From positions 124,965 to 188,964 of the forward strand of contig CAYYEX010000002.1 of the NCBI GenBank assembly GCA_964471165.1: a stretch of DNA of 64,000 nucleotides, given 5' to 3'. The notes under the pieces are model-generated. The model made no database searches, had not been told where the DNA came from, and saw only the letters and a list, made by a program, of their open reading frames with translations. Shown here one piece after another: positions 26,951-37,117 of this stretch. This DNA is from an uncultured Candidatus Saccharibacteria bacterium (GTDB taxonomy: Bacteria; Patescibacteriota; Minisyncoccia; Phycocordibacterales; UBA2100). Positions within the stretch are counted from its first letter, which is position 1, and every line of letters begins with the position of its first letter. A program made the position numbers and the translations under genes.

Positions 26951-28627
26951 ATGCCGGTTCGAAAACTAATTGAAGAGCGGCTTGTTGCGACGCTCCATGC
27001 CGATGGCAGAGTGCCGCTGAGCCCTACCACTGAATGGAACCGTGGCGATTACGCTACGGGAATCGCCCTCGCACTCGCCAAGAGTGCTGGCATGCCACCG
27101 GTGGAGTACGCTAAACAAATTGTCGAAAAATTGGGCACAATCCCCGGTGTAGCAAAGATTGAAGTCGCACCCCCCGGATTTATCAACTTTACGCTCGCAG
27201 ACGACGTCCTCGCTCAAACAATACGCGACGCTGTATCAGAGTCGTGGGGAAGGGGCGACTCAATGAATCAGCGAATGTTGTTTGAATACACAGACCCAAA
27301 CCCATTCAAAGAGTTCCATATCGGCCACTTGATGAGTAACTCAATTGGAGAGGCGATTGTGCGTTTGTCGCAGTTTGCCGGGGCAGATGTGAAGCGTGCA
27401 AACTACCAGGGCGATGTTGGACTGCATGTAGCTAAGTCTATTTGGGGCAAAATGCAGCAGCCGGAGCTCGAGTGGGGGCAAGCGTATGCGTTTGGTTCAA
27501 AGAACTACGAAGAGAACAAAGCGGCAATCGACGACATTAATAAAAAGGTCTACACCCGAGAAGATGCTGCGATAAACAACTTCTATAAAGACGGACTGAT
27601 TTCTTCGCAGGCGCAATTTGAAAAAATATACGAACGCCTCGGAATGCAGAAAATTGGTACCCACACAGGGAGTGAAGATTTTTTCGATTTCTATTTCTAC
27701 GAGAGTATGTGTTGGTGGATTGGGAAGGTGCTCGTGGAGGAGAATATGGGCACCGTGTTCACGCAGAGCGATGGCGCAATTGTGTTCAAGGGAGAAGAGG
27801 TGGATCCGAAGCTCCATACACGCGTTTTCATCACGTCGCAGGGACTGCCCACGTACGAGGCAAAGGACCTCGGGCTCTTTAAATCAAAAAGCGACATTTT
27901 TGGATGGAGTCCGGATGTATCGGTTACCATCACAGCCAGTGAACAAAAGGATTACTTCCGCGTTGTTCGTGCAGCAGCACTGCGCATAAAGGAAGTTTCA
28001 GAAATTGCCGAAAAAACAAAACATATTACCCACGGGATGATGCGTCTGCCGACCGGAAAGATGTCGTCGCGAACGGGCGATGTTATTACAGGGGAGGGAC
28101 TCTTAAACGAACTCACCGAGGCAGCAAAATCGCGTGCCTCTGAAAGCCGGGCCGACGACAAAGAACAACTTGCACGCGACGTTGCGGTTGCGGCAATAAA
28201 ATTCCAGATTCTCAAGCAGGCAAGTGGGAAGGATATTATTTTTGACCGAGAACGCGCGCTTTCGCTCGAAGGTGACTCTGGGCCATACCTGCAATACGCG
28301 CACGCACGCGCGCATCAAATTGTTGCGCGCGCACGGTCAGAGGGGATACAGCCACAGGTAAACGAATCCGTTGCATCTTCTGTTGTCGTGCGCCTCGTGC
28401 ACCGCTTCCCAGAAGTTGTGGAACAGGCGGCGTCACTCCTCGAGCCGCATATTGTTACGACATATCTCACTGAGCTCGCGAGCACCTACAACAGCTGGTA
28501 CGCACAGGAGCAGATTCTCGATGGCACACCTGCTGCTGCGCACAAGGTGGCGGTTGTCGATGCTGTGCGAAATACACTCAAAAACGGACTCTGGATACTC
28601 GGGATTCCTGCCCCCGAAAAGATGTAG
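26951..28627 (+). CDS. argS: arginyl-tRNA synthetase
   Basis: class I HIGH motif EFHIGHLMSNSIGEA, DALR anticodon-binding C-terminal domain, 558 aa. Confidence 0.9.
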   Translation: MPVRKLIEERLVATLHADGRVPLSPTTEWNRGDYATGIALALAKSAGMPPVEYAKQIVEKLGTIPGVAKIEVAPPGFINFTLADDVLAQTIRDAVSESWGRGDSMNQRMLFEYTDPNPFKEFHIGHLMSNSIGEAIVRLSQFAGADVKRANYQGDVGLHVAKSIWGKMQQPELEWGQAYAFGSKNYEENKAAIDDINKKVYTREDAAINNFYKDGLISSQAQFEKIYERLGMQKIGTHTGSEDFFDFYFYESMCWWIGKVLVEENMGTVFTQSDGAIVFKGEEVDPKLHTRVFITSQGLPTYEAKDLGLFKSKSDIFGWSPDVSVTITASEQKDYFRVVRAAALRIKEVSEIAEKTKHITHGMMRLPTGKMSSRTGDVITGEGLLNELTEAAKSRASESRADDKEQLARDVAVAAIKFQILKQASGKDIIFDRERALSLEGDSGPYLQYAHARAHQIVARARSEGIQPQVNESVASSVVVRLVHRFPEVVEQAASLLEPHIVTTYLTELASTYNSWYAQEQILDGTPAAAHKVAVVDAVRNTLKNGLWILGIPAPEKM

Positions 28628-28629
28628 TG

Positions 28630-29559
28630 CTATTCAACGCGGGCAATTTCTGACTGGAACTTCAGCAGGATTTCTTTGAATACATCTTTTGTACTTTCGT
28701 TCCAGGAGGTAGTAGGGAGTTTTTCGAGCGATTTTTCAATACACATAAGCAGGTGTTCCCGCAGTTCTACCGCGACACCTTTTTCCTTGAGCGCGGTCTG
28801 AGATATCAGAACCGAGAGCGCATCTGACCATTTTTTGTCCAAGTGTTCGGCGGAAATATCCACAATCCAATCAGCCGGGCCGAAACCCTCCCCCGGGCTT
28901 CGCCACAATCCTGCATCGTCTACCTGCATATATGCTTGTAACCGATTTGTCTTCTGAAATTGTGCATACGCTGAAAGCAGTGACGTGTCGATATCGCTCG
29001 CGCAATGCGAAAGAGCTGCGATAATCTCATCGATGTTCTCAATAACACTTTGAGTGGAAGGCGAAGGATGTTCCGGGTCAGATTCTTTGATTTGTCGTTC
29101 AACGGATTTAACCAGCTCGACGAATGCCGCCTTTGTCTCAGTACTTTCGATAGTGCCCTTGAGTGATTGCAGATAGCGAATGAAGGGGCGTGCGTCGGTA
29201 ACACGCAAGGCAAGAGGGCCCGACGGGAGCCCGTAGCGTAAGCTCTCGCTTGCTGAATGATTCAGTGTGAGGCCGAATCGCGCCAGAACCGCCTCGTACT
29301 TTGTCGTGAGTTCTCCGAGGTTCGTACGCGCAGCCTGCGCCGACTCAAGAGCCGTATCAGCCTGACTTTTCCCGATATTAAAACTATCCTCGCCATTTTC
29401 GATAAGGGAACCGAATGCCCGCGCGAGTGATTTACCCATCTGAGCGCCCGGTCCGTGGTCGTGATTGTGGTTAGCGAGCTCCGCTATGAGCTGGGTCAGC
29501 TGCTCAGATGAGTTTTTTCTGAAATCAGAGAGACTTGTTACCTTCTCGCGACTGTTCAT
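28630..29559 (-). CDS. hypothetical cytoplasmic alpha-helical protein
   Basis: convergent with argS, internal ATG at 29557-29559 chosen (longer ORF would overlap ileS leader); no motif recognised. Confidence 0.5.
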   Translation of the reverse strand: MNSREKVTSLSDFRKNSSEQLTQLIAELANHNHDHGPGAQMGKSLARAFGSLIENGEDSFNIGKSQADTALESAQAARTNLGELTTKYEAVLARFGLTLNHSASESLRYGLPSGPLALRVTDARPFIRYLQSLKGTIESTETKAAFVELVKSVERQIKESDPEHPSPSTQSVIENIDEIIAALSHCASDIDTSLLSAYAQFQKTNRLQAYMQVDDAGLWRSPGEGFGPADWIVDISAEHLDKKWSDALSVLISQTALKEKGVAVELREHLLMCIEKSLEKLPTTSWNESTKDVFKEILLKFQSEIARVE

Positions 29560-29624
29560 GCGAAAAGCATAGCACCCGGTCATCACTCGTCCACTCCATG
29601 TTCGTTTGGTACGATGAGCCGAAT

Positions 29625-32510
29625 ATGGCCGAAAACGGGGCAAAAACCGATGTTGCAAAGCGCGAGGAGGAAATCCTGGCTTTTTGGAATGAAAACAAGA
29701 TTTTCGAAAAATCGCTCGCGCAGGATTCGCCCAAGGGTGAGTATGTGTTTTACGATGGTCCTCCGTTTGCCACCGGATTGCCGCACTACGGGCACATCGT
29801 CGCCTCGGTTATCAAAGACGTCGTTCCACGCTACTGGACGATGCGTGGCTACCATGTGCCGCGCAAATGGGGATGGGACTGTCACGGACTCCCGATTGAA
29901 AACATCATTGAAAAAGAACTTGGTTTCAAACACAAGAAAGAAATCAAAGAATACGGCATTGCGAAGTTCAATGAGCGATGTCGAGAGATGGTTCTTACCT
30001 ATGCGGGGGAATGGGAAAAAATAATTCCGCGCATCGGTAGATGGGCAGATATGGAACATTCGTATCGCACGATGGACAAGGACTTTATGGAGAGCGTGTG
30101 GTGGGTATTCAAAACCATCTACGATAAAGGGTTGGTATACGAAGACTACCGCTCAATGCACATCTGTCCGCGCTGCGAAACCACGCTTTCACAAACAGAG
30201 GTTTCCGAAGGCTACAAGGATGTTAAAGACATTTCGGTGACAGTTGAGTTTAAACGTGCTGACGATCCGTCGACATCGTTTCTTGCCTGGACGACTACTC
30301 CCTGGACGCTCCCGGGCAACGTAGCTCTTGCTGTTGGCGCGGATGTCGACTACGTAACTGTCGAAAAGAAAGACGAAGGGACGGGAGAGCCCGTGCGCTT
30401 TATTCTGGCTAAGGCGCAGCTCGAGAAAATATTTGGTGGGCAGGAATACAAGATTGTTGCAAAACAAAAGGGGGGTGAGCTCGTTGGTATTTCGTACATA
30501 CCGCCGTTCGACTACTACATCAAGGACGAAACGCTGAAAAACCGCGAGAACGGATGGAAAGTTTACGCTGCAGATTTTGTTAATGCCGAAAGCGGAACAG
30601 GTATTGCACACGAGGCTCCGGCGTTTGGTGCTGATGACTGGGAGCTCTTGAAGCAGGTGAATCTGCCGTTTGTGCAGCACGTGAACTACGACGGGACCAT
30701 GAAGCCCGAGGTCACTGCGTTTGCTGGGATGGAAGTAAAACCAAACTCCGACGACGACAAGGTTCGGCTCGGCACCGACATCGCAGTACTGAAGTATTTG
30801 CAAGACAACGGCACCTTCTTCTCAAAGGAAAACATTGTGCACCCATATCCGCATTGCTGGCGTTGCGACACGCCGCTGCTTAACTACGCGACATCGTCGT
30901 GGTTTGTAAGTGTTACCGGCATCAAGCCGAACCTTCTCGCTAACGCACAGAATGTTTCGTGGTCTCCGGAGCACATCAAGGAAGGCCGTTTTGGCATGTG
31001 GCTCGAGGGAGCACGTGACTGGTCTATCAGTCGTCAGCGATTTTGGGCGAGCGTGATGCCAATTTGGGTATGTACGGACTGCAAAGAGAAACGAGTGTTC
31101 GGCAGCGCGGGCGAACTGGAGGAGGCGAGCGGTAAAAAGGTAGACGACTTGCATAAGCACATCGTCGACGAGATTACGGTCCCGTGCGTGTGCGGCAGCG
31201 ATATGAAGCGCGTCCCGGATGTACTCGACACATGGTTTGATTCAGGCTCCATGCCGTACGGCGAGCGTCACTATCCGTTCGAGAATAAGGAGCGCTTCGA
31301 TGCCGCGTTTCCTGCACAGTTTATCGCCGAGGGTCTCGACCAGACGCGTGCGTGGTTCTACTACCTGCACGTGCTCGGCGGGGCTCTCTTCGAGAAGAAC
31401 GCGTTTCAGAATGTGATAGTAAACGGCATTGTGCTCGCTGAAGACGGCAAGAAGATGTCGAAAAAACTCAAAAACTATCCTGACCCGATGGAGGTGGTGC
31501 ACACATACGGCGCCGATGCACTTCGTTTGTACCTCCTTACATCCCCGGTGATGCAGGCGGAAAACTTACTCTTTTCTGAAAAAGGAGTTGATGAGATTGT
31601 AAAAAAGAATATCGGCCGCCTCAACAACGTGCTCGAGTTCTACAAACTCTATGCCGATGGAACCGTGCGTGATTTCAAGAGTGCGCACGTGCTCGACCGT
31701 TGGGTTGTGGCGCGCGTGAACGCCCTCGTTGGGGAAACTACCTCGGGCTACGACACGTACGAGCTTGATACCGCAACCCGACCGCTAGCGCAGTTTATCG
31801 ACGATCTTTCCGTGTGGTATCTGCGTCGCTCTCGTGAACGTTTTAAGAACGAGGATGACGATAAAAAGAACGCCCTTGCTACGTTGCGCTACGTGCTTCA
31901 CACACTTTCCCGCGTCATGGCTCCGGCGATGCCGTTCTACGCCGAATACCTCTTTCAGGCTGTGCGCGAAACAGAAGACGAAGAGAGTGTGCACCTGACG
32001 CTCTGGCCTGAAGTACTTCCGCACGATACGAATTCTGCGCAGGAGCTCACCCGCATGTTTGCGACGCGCCTCATCGTTTCAAATGCCTTGAAAGAGAGAG
32101 AGGAGAAGAAACTCAACGTTCGTCAGCCGCTTGCGAAGCTATTCATCGGACACACCGACTTATACCGCGCAGATACCCCAGGCATCAGCGAGCACCTCGA
32201 ACTGATTAAAGACGAAGTAAATGTGAAAGATGTTGTTTTTATGGATGAGCTCGGTGTTCGGCTCGACACAGTTGTTACCGAAGAATTAATGGAGGAAGGT
32301 CTCGTGCGCGAAGTCCGCCGCCTGCTTCAGGGCGCCCGCAAGGACTCTGAGCTTGCTCCAAGTGATGTTGTTGCTGAGGCATTGATAGAGGCACGACCCG
32401 AAGAGATTGTGATTTTAAAGAAATACGCCGACGAGTTGCAGGGAACAACCCGTATAACCACACTTCGATTTATCGAGGCCGAAAAGAAGCGTGTTACTTT
32501 GGAAGTCTGA
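29625..32510 (+). CDS. ileS: isoleucyl-tRNA synthetase
   Basis: HIGH motif PFATGLPHYGHIV, KMSKS motif KMSKKLKN, CP1 editing domain, Zn-binding CxxC pairs. Confidence 0.95.
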   Translation: MAENGAKTDVAKREEEILAFWNENKIFEKSLAQDSPKGEYVFYDGPPFATGLPHYGHIVASVIKDVVPRYWTMRGYHVPRKWGWDCHGLPIENIIEKELGFKHKKEIKEYGIAKFNERCREMVLTYAGEWEKIIPRIGRWADMEHSYRTMDKDFMESVWWVFKTIYDKGLVYEDYRSMHICPRCETTLSQTEVSEGYKDVKDISVTVEFKRADDPSTSFLAWTTTPWTLPGNVALAVGADVDYVTVEKKDEGTGEPVRFILAKAQLEKIFGGQEYKIVAKQKGGELVGISYIPPFDYYIKDETLKNRENGWKVYAADFVNAESGTGIAHEAPAFGADDWELLKQVNLPFVQHVNYDGTMKPEVTAFAGMEVKPNSDDDKVRLGTDIAVLKYLQDNGTFFSKENIVHPYPHCWRCDTPLLNYATSSWFVSVTGIKPNLLANAQNVSWSPEHIKEGRFGMWLEGARDWSISRQRFWASVMPIWVCTDCKEKRVFGSAGELEEASGKKVDDLHKHIVDEITVPCVCGSDMKRVPDVLDTWFDSGSMPYGERHYPFENKERFDAAFPAQFIAEGLDQTRAWFYYLHVLGGALFEKNAFQNVIVNGIVLAEDGKKMSKKLKNYPDPMEVVHTYGADALRLYLLTSPVMQAENLLFSEKGVDEIVKKNIGRLNNVLEFYKLYADGTVRDFKSAHVLDRWVVARVNALVGETTSGYDTYELDTATRPLAQFIDDLSVWYLRRSRERFKNEDDDKKNALATLRYVLHTLSRVMAPAMPFYAEYLFQAVRETEDEESVHLTLWPEVLPHDTNSAQELTRMFATRLIVSNALKEREEKKLNVRQPLAKLFIGHTDLYRADTPGISEHLELIKDEVNVKDVVFMDELGVRLDTVVTEELMEEGLVREVRRLLQGARKDSELAPSDVVAEALIEARPEEIVILKKYADELQGTTRITTLRFIEAEKKRVTLEV

Positions 32511-32623
32511 CATTCAGACTGCGATGTATCCCATTAGAGAAACACGTCAGAGAACATTTGTATCCCTAGAGTATGTGCATCGAATAGAAAGCGCTGAAAA
32601 TATTATTCTTATTCTCTAACGGG

Positions 32624-33196
32624 ATGTACCAGAAATATCACACAGAAGCGATTGTGCTCGGCAGCACCGAACGCGGCGAGGCTGACCGCACGATTGCGCT
32701 CATGACGCATGATTTCGGATTGGTGCGCGCCCGCGCAAGTGCGGTGCGTTCCGAGCACTCAAAAATGCGCTACGCATCACAGAACTACAGCCGTTCTGTG
32801 GTTTCGCTCGTAAAAGGTAAGCGTGGTTGGCGACTCGCTGGCGCGAGCGCCCGAACGCTTCCCACAGGTTCCGTTGCGGGGGTTTCAGCGTTTGTGCGTA
32901 TCGCGGAGCTCACGCTCCGGCTTGTTGCCGGTGAAGAGAAAAATGAATACCTATTCGATGTCCTCGCCGAATCACACCGCGTGCTCATGGATACGCGCGT
33001 CGAAGCAGTTCCCACAATAGAGATTGTTTCGGTTGCACGCGTACTCTACGCGCTGGGCTACATCTCAGCCGAGGCGCTCCAAACAACGTTATTTACGCAT
33101 ACGCAGTACGGTAGCGAAGACATGCAAGAGGCAGAGGTGCTCAAAGAAACGATGCTCAAGTCGATTAACCGTGCGATTGCAGAGACACATCTGTAG
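32624..33196 (+). CDS. recO: DNA repair protein RecO
   Basis: N-terminal OB fold YHTEAIVLGSTERGEADRTIALMTHDFGLVRARA. Confidence 0.7.
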   Translation: MYQKYHTEAIVLGSTERGEADRTIALMTHDFGLVRARASAVRSEHSKMRYASQNYSRSVVSLVKGKRGWRLAGASARTLPTGSVAGVSAFVRIAELTLRLVAGEEKNEYLFDVLAESHRVLMDTRVEAVPTIEIVSVARVLYALGYISAEALQTTLFTHTQYGSEDMQEAEVLKETMLKSINRAIAETHL

Positions 33197-33211
33197 CGGT
33201 AGTCTCTCACC

Positions 33212-33817
33212 ATGGTGCCACTTCCCGCGATATATGAACGAGCCAAAATTGGCTCGATACAGTCGAAAAACGGTGAATCGTTCGATATTGTGATAGGGCT
33301 CGATACAGCACTTGTTGATCAGCTTATTGCATACTCAGTCGATGCAAGCGACGTTGATTTACAAAACAACACGTCAGACCGAAAGCGCTTTGGTGAGGGC
33401 TCATACGAAGAATGGTTCAACAAAGAGCGCACGCCATATGCATTGGTCAGTAATGACGGAACACTCGCCGCGCTCGCATGGTTCGGGCCAAAGCCAATCG
33501 GTCGCAAGTCATTGCGCTATCTGAGCGAGGCGGAGCTAAGAGAAGAGTATTCGCAGGCCAAAGGGGATGCCCATACAATTGTGTATCGGTCGTATAATCC
33601 ATTTCGAGGCCAGGGACTTATGTCGGGGTTCATGCGCTTCGCAATAGACGACTATCGAGCACGACATCCTGGCGCGAAGCTCTGGGCGGGAGTGAGCACG
33701 CACAATCAAGCGAGTGTCGCGCTGGCTACCAAGCTGGGATTTGTATATTCAGAGGAATACTCCGATCCGGAACAAGACTGGGCACTTATGTTTGAAAATG
33801 ATGTATGGCGCGCGTAA
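33212..33817 (+). CDS. GNAT-family N-acetyltransferase (tentative)
   Basis: C-terminal acetyl-CoA-binding-like RGQGLMSGFMRFAIDD...LWAGVSTHNQASVALATKLGF. Confidence 0.4.
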   Translation: MVPLPAIYERAKIGSIQSKNGESFDIVIGLDTALVDQLIAYSVDASDVDLQNNTSDRKRFGEGSYEEWFNKERTPYALVSNDGTLAALAWFGPKPIGRKSLRYLSEAELREEYSQAKGDAHTIVYRSYNPFRGQGLMSGFMRFAIDDYRARHPGAKLWAGVSTHNQASVALATKLGFVYSEEYSDPEQDWALMFENDVWRA

Positions 33818-34956
33818 AACTTAGCGAATATTCAGCAAAGAAGATTCTACTCGGGGACACCTACACTGGTGTGAGCCTGCGCTCCGGCGCTCTTTCGATT
33901 CCGGCAGGACGATGGGTTGCAAAAGTGGACCAGGGCGTGAAAAAGCGTTTCAAGCAAGGCTTGGTCGTCGTGGATAAAAGTGAAAGTGAAATCAAGCAAG
34001 CGATTGAACAGTGGGAGCAGAAAGGTTTCTCCCAATTTATTCTTGATCCGCTCGTCGCACATGATTCAAAAGATGCCCGGTATATTTCATTTGAACGCGT
34101 GCGTGAGGGGATTCGTGTTTTGTTTTCGAGAGATGGAGGTATTGATATAGAAGAGCACCCCGAAGCGGTCACGCAGTATTTGATGAAAGTTGAGAGCGAT
34201 ATAGCCCACGTGGCTTCCGAAACTGGTGTTCCTGAATCGTTTCTCTCGCGTGTGTACCGCGCGTTTCAAAAAGAATTTTTTGCCTTTCTCGAAATCAATC
34301 CGCTCCTCGTTATAAACGGTACTGCAGAGTTATTGGACGCTGCCGCATTGGTTGACAGCGCAGGAGAGTTCTTCGTGCGAGATTCCTGGACGGGGGATGA
34401 TGTCATCAAACAGAGAGCGAAACATCCCGCCGAAACGAGAGTTGAAAAACTTGCTGCAACTACCCCCGCATCTCTCAAGCTTTCGGTTATCAATCCAGAT
34501 GGAGCGCTTTTTTTTCTGCTCTCCGGCGGTGGAGGCTCCATCGTGATTGCTGACGAAGTTCAGCTCCGAGGTGCGGGGGCGCTTTTGGCAAACTATGGCG
34601 AATATAGCGGGGGGCCGACACGCGAGGAAACCTATTTGTACGCAAAAGAAATTCTTGGACTCCTCATTGATTCCTCGGCAAAGAAAAAAGCACTGGTAAT
34701 CGCGGGTGGGGTGGCGAACTTTACCGATGTTAAAAAAACATTTCTCGGCATCATTGACGCGCTTGCCGAGGTGGCACCCAAGCTGCGCGCAGCTGGTGTG
34801 CGCGTGTTCGTGCGACGCGGTGGTCCCAACGAAGCCGCTGGCCTCAAACTCATGCAGGACTTTCTCGAAAAAGAAGCCCTCCAGGGTGCTGTGTATGGTT
34901 CGGACACCGTTATTACGCGCGCAGTGGAAGACGCGATTACATTTATACAGGTATGA
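33805..34956 (+). CDS. aclB: ATP-citrate lyase beta subunit (ATP-grasp, SucC-like)
   Basis: near-collinear matches to human ACLY N-terminal half: FAFLEINPLLV, ASLKLSVINPDGALFFLLSGGGGSIVIADE, ANYGEYSGGPTREETYLYAKEILGLL, LVIAGGVANFTDVKKTF, VFVRRGGPNEAAGLKLM. Confidence 0.9.
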   Translation: MARVKLSEYSAKKILLGDTYTGVSLRSGALSIPAGRWVAKVDQGVKKRFKQGLVVVDKSESEIKQAIEQWEQKGFSQFILDPLVAHDSKDARYISFERVREGIRVLFSRDGGIDIEEHPEAVTQYLMKVESDIAHVASETGVPESFLSRVYRAFQKEFFAFLEINPLLVINGTAELLDAAALVDSAGEFFVRDSWTGDDVIKQRAKHPAETRVEKLAATTPASLKLSVINPDGALFFLLSGGGGSIVIADEVQLRGAGALLANYGEYSGGPTREETYLYAKEILGLLIDSSAKKKALVIAGGVANFTDVKKTFLGIIDALAEVAPKLRAAGVRVFVRRGGPNEAAGLKLMQDFLEKEALQGAVYGSDTVITRAVEDAITFIQV

Positions 34957-36743
34957 CGATTCTTGAACGCATTCGAAACGGAGAGGACGGCATCCTCGTC
35001 ATAGGGAATCACCCAGGTATTGTGCAATCAATTCTCGATTTTGATGCCCTCTCTGGGAAGGGGCGCGCATCTGTCGTTGGCATTATTGCAGGCACGCGAA
35101 AAGCCCAAAAGTTTTTCTTTGGGGGCACAGAAGTGTTGATTCCGTGTTTTTCTAACGTCGCAAAGATTCCGAAAGACGTTGGCGGGAGAGTTAAGTGGAT
35201 GCTCAACGCGCAGTCGGGGCGTCGCTCATTCTCCTCGACGGTGGGATTTTTTGAAGCATTTCCCGATGCGCTTGGCGGGCACCTGTTTGCAGAAAACATA
35301 CCCGAAAGTCATGCAACGGAACTCATTGCACGTTTCGGTAACCGCTACCTGATTGCAGGGCCATCTGGGGTGGGATTGCTTGTGTCTCATTGTCTAAAAC
35401 TTGGCGCTATTGGCGGAACCGATGTTGCACAGATTATGGCGGGAAAGCTCGCTACGGAGGGTTCTGTGGCAGTTGTGTCCACCTCAGGTGGTATGACCAA
35501 CGAGCTCATCCGCGCCGTGTCACTTGCAGGCAAGCGGGTCTCATTTTCACTCTCAATAGGCGGAGACCGATTTCCTATCACGTCGCTCTCGCAGGTGCTC
35601 TCGCTTGCCGAAGAAGACGCAGCCACGAAAGCAATCGTGTATTTCGGCGAGCTCGGCGGGTCAGATGAGTACGAGATTGTTGAGCTTCTCAAAGCGGGAA
35701 AACTGACCAAGCCGATTATTTGTTACGTCGCAGGGGTAATCGACGAGGCGTTCGACGAACGAATGCAGTTCGGTCATGCCAAGGCGCTGGTTGCCCATAA
35801 AGATGAAAGTGCGCGCGCCAAACGTGAAGCGCTCAACGCCGCTGGTGCAATTGCGCCGGAATCATTCCCGCTTTTTCTCAATGCGCTAGCTGACCTGCCG
35901 CTGCCAGAGATTCGTGATACCGTCATTGATACAAAAGCATTTATGGACAGAAAGCCAAGTATTCTCTCATCACGAAAAATTGTCGACCTCGATACGGTTC
36001 CCGTATTTGTGAAGGACGGGGTACTTGTTACTCAGCCACAAAATGCATTTGCAGCTGCAGCGCTCAAGGCATTGCTGGGGCGCGAAGTTTCCGCCGAGAC
36101 TGCTGCGTTTGTCGAAAACATTTTTGAACTCCTCATCGACCACGGTGGTCACGTCTCCGGTGCCGTAAACACCATGGTCACCGCACGCGCGGGCAAAGAC
36201 ATGGTCTCATCCCTCGCCGCAGGGCTCCTCACGGTAGGTCCCCGTTTCGGGGGAGCGGTGAACGAAGCTGCGCGAACTTGGCATGATGGCGTAGTCTCAG
36301 GTGTTGAAGCATCGGTCTATGTGGAGGCGCAGAACAAAGCAGGGAAGCTCCTCGCGGGCATCGGGCATCGCAAGTATCGTGTTGGCATTCCTGACCCGCG
36401 CGTGTCCGCGCTTTCTGAGTTTGCGGCGCTGCTTACAAAACACCCACATTACGACTTTGCGCGAAGCATTGAACTGGTCACAACAGCAAAGAATGGAAAT
36501 CTCATTTTAAATGTGGATGGCATTATGGCCGCGCTCTTGCTCGATTTCCTCGCTGAAAAGGATGGCCTCAGTAGTCAGGAGATTACAGAGCTCCTGGATG
36601 CGGAGTTTTTCAATGCGTTGTTTATCATCCCGCGCTCAGTTGGATTCATTGCACACTTCATCGAACAAAAAAGAAACGACGAAGGACTGTTCCGTTTACC
36701 AGACGATTTACTGTTTGAACGTGATAACGAAGCAGGGGAATAA
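34953..36743 (+). CDS. aclA: ATP-citrate lyase alpha subunit (CoA-binding, phosphohistidine and citrate-synthase-like domains)
   Basis: STSGGMTNELIRAV, catalytic His motif FGHAKAL, ELLIDHGGHVSGAVNTMVTARAGKDMVSSLAAGLLTVGPRFGGA, GIGHRKYRVGIPDPRVSAL, LILNVDGIMAALLLDFL, GFIAHFIEQKR matching ACLY/AclA. Confidence 0.9.
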   Translation: MTILERIRNGEDGILVIGNHPGIVQSILDFDALSGKGRASVVGIIAGTRKAQKFFFGGTEVLIPCFSNVAKIPKDVGGRVKWMLNAQSGRRSFSSTVGFFEAFPDALGGHLFAENIPESHATELIARFGNRYLIAGPSGVGLLVSHCLKLGAIGGTDVAQIMAGKLATEGSVAVVSTSGGMTNELIRAVSLAGKRVSFSLSIGGDRFPITSLSQVLSLAEEDAATKAIVYFGELGGSDEYEIVELLKAGKLTKPIICYVAGVIDEAFDERMQFGHAKALVAHKDESARAKREALNAAGAIAPESFPLFLNALADLPLPEIRDTVIDTKAFMDRKPSILSSRKIVDLDTVPVFVKDGVLVTQPQNAFAAAALKALLGREVSAETAAFVENIFELLIDHGGHVSGAVNTMVTARAGKDMVSSLAAGLLTVGPRFGGAVNEAARTWHDGVVSGVEASVYVEAQNKAGKLLAGIGHRKYRVGIPDPRVSALSEFAALLTKHPHYDFARSIELVTTAKNGNLILNVDGIMAALLLDFLAEKDGLSSQEITELLDAEFFNALFIIPRSVGFIAHFIEQKRNDEGLFRLPDDLLFERDNEAGE

Positions 36744-36793
36744 ATGAAGGAGGCTACCCGCGAACGCGCGGGTAGCCTGCCATGTTCTCTGGT

Positions 36794-37039
36794 TCATGCC
36801 GCAGCGGCATGCCACTGAGATTTCAAAGCATCGAAATCGGCGTCGTCGATGTAGACGGTGAACACCGGATTGCCCGGGTCACTCTCGTCGACATCTTCAA
36901 CAATCGCCAAGATGGTTGTCGTCAATTCGATTTGCGAATCGAGTCCGGTTCCATCGGGCACTTCGATGATGCGCTCGAGTGGGTCACCATCGACGGGGTC
37001 AGTCACGCGTTTGATTACCACACGTACTTTCATGGGCAT
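36794..37039 (-). CDS. small acidic hypothetical protein (81 aa)
   Basis: ORF MPMKVRVVIKRVTDPVDGDPLERIIEVPDGTGLDSQIE... on the opposite strand of the non-coding-looking 5' extension of the next large ORF; weak support. Confidence 0.3.
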   Translation of the reverse strand: MPMKVRVVIKRVTDPVDGDPLERIIEVPDGTGLDSQIELTTTILAIVEDVDESDPGNPVFTVYIDDADFDALKSQWHAAAA

Positions 37040-37117
37040 CCCTCCATTTTCAGCCGTTCGAATTCGCTCCAGTCATCATCAAAACGCCGGATTGAGTGCG
37101 AGTCAAGTGAATGCCGG

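Noticed and set aside
29583-30059. 158-aa minus ORF and other long antisense ORFs inside ileS, argS, ftsK and the large surface-protein genes
   Set aside because: They are fully contained within well-supported genes on the opposite strand and have no motifs. They are shadow ORFs of GC-rich coding sequence.
36782-37117. N-terminal 112-aa extension of the large surface protein
   Set aside because: Composition is atypical and there is no signal logic. A proper start (MIEWSIMDPSEH) precedes the single TM helix, and the opposite strand carries a more plausible small ORF.
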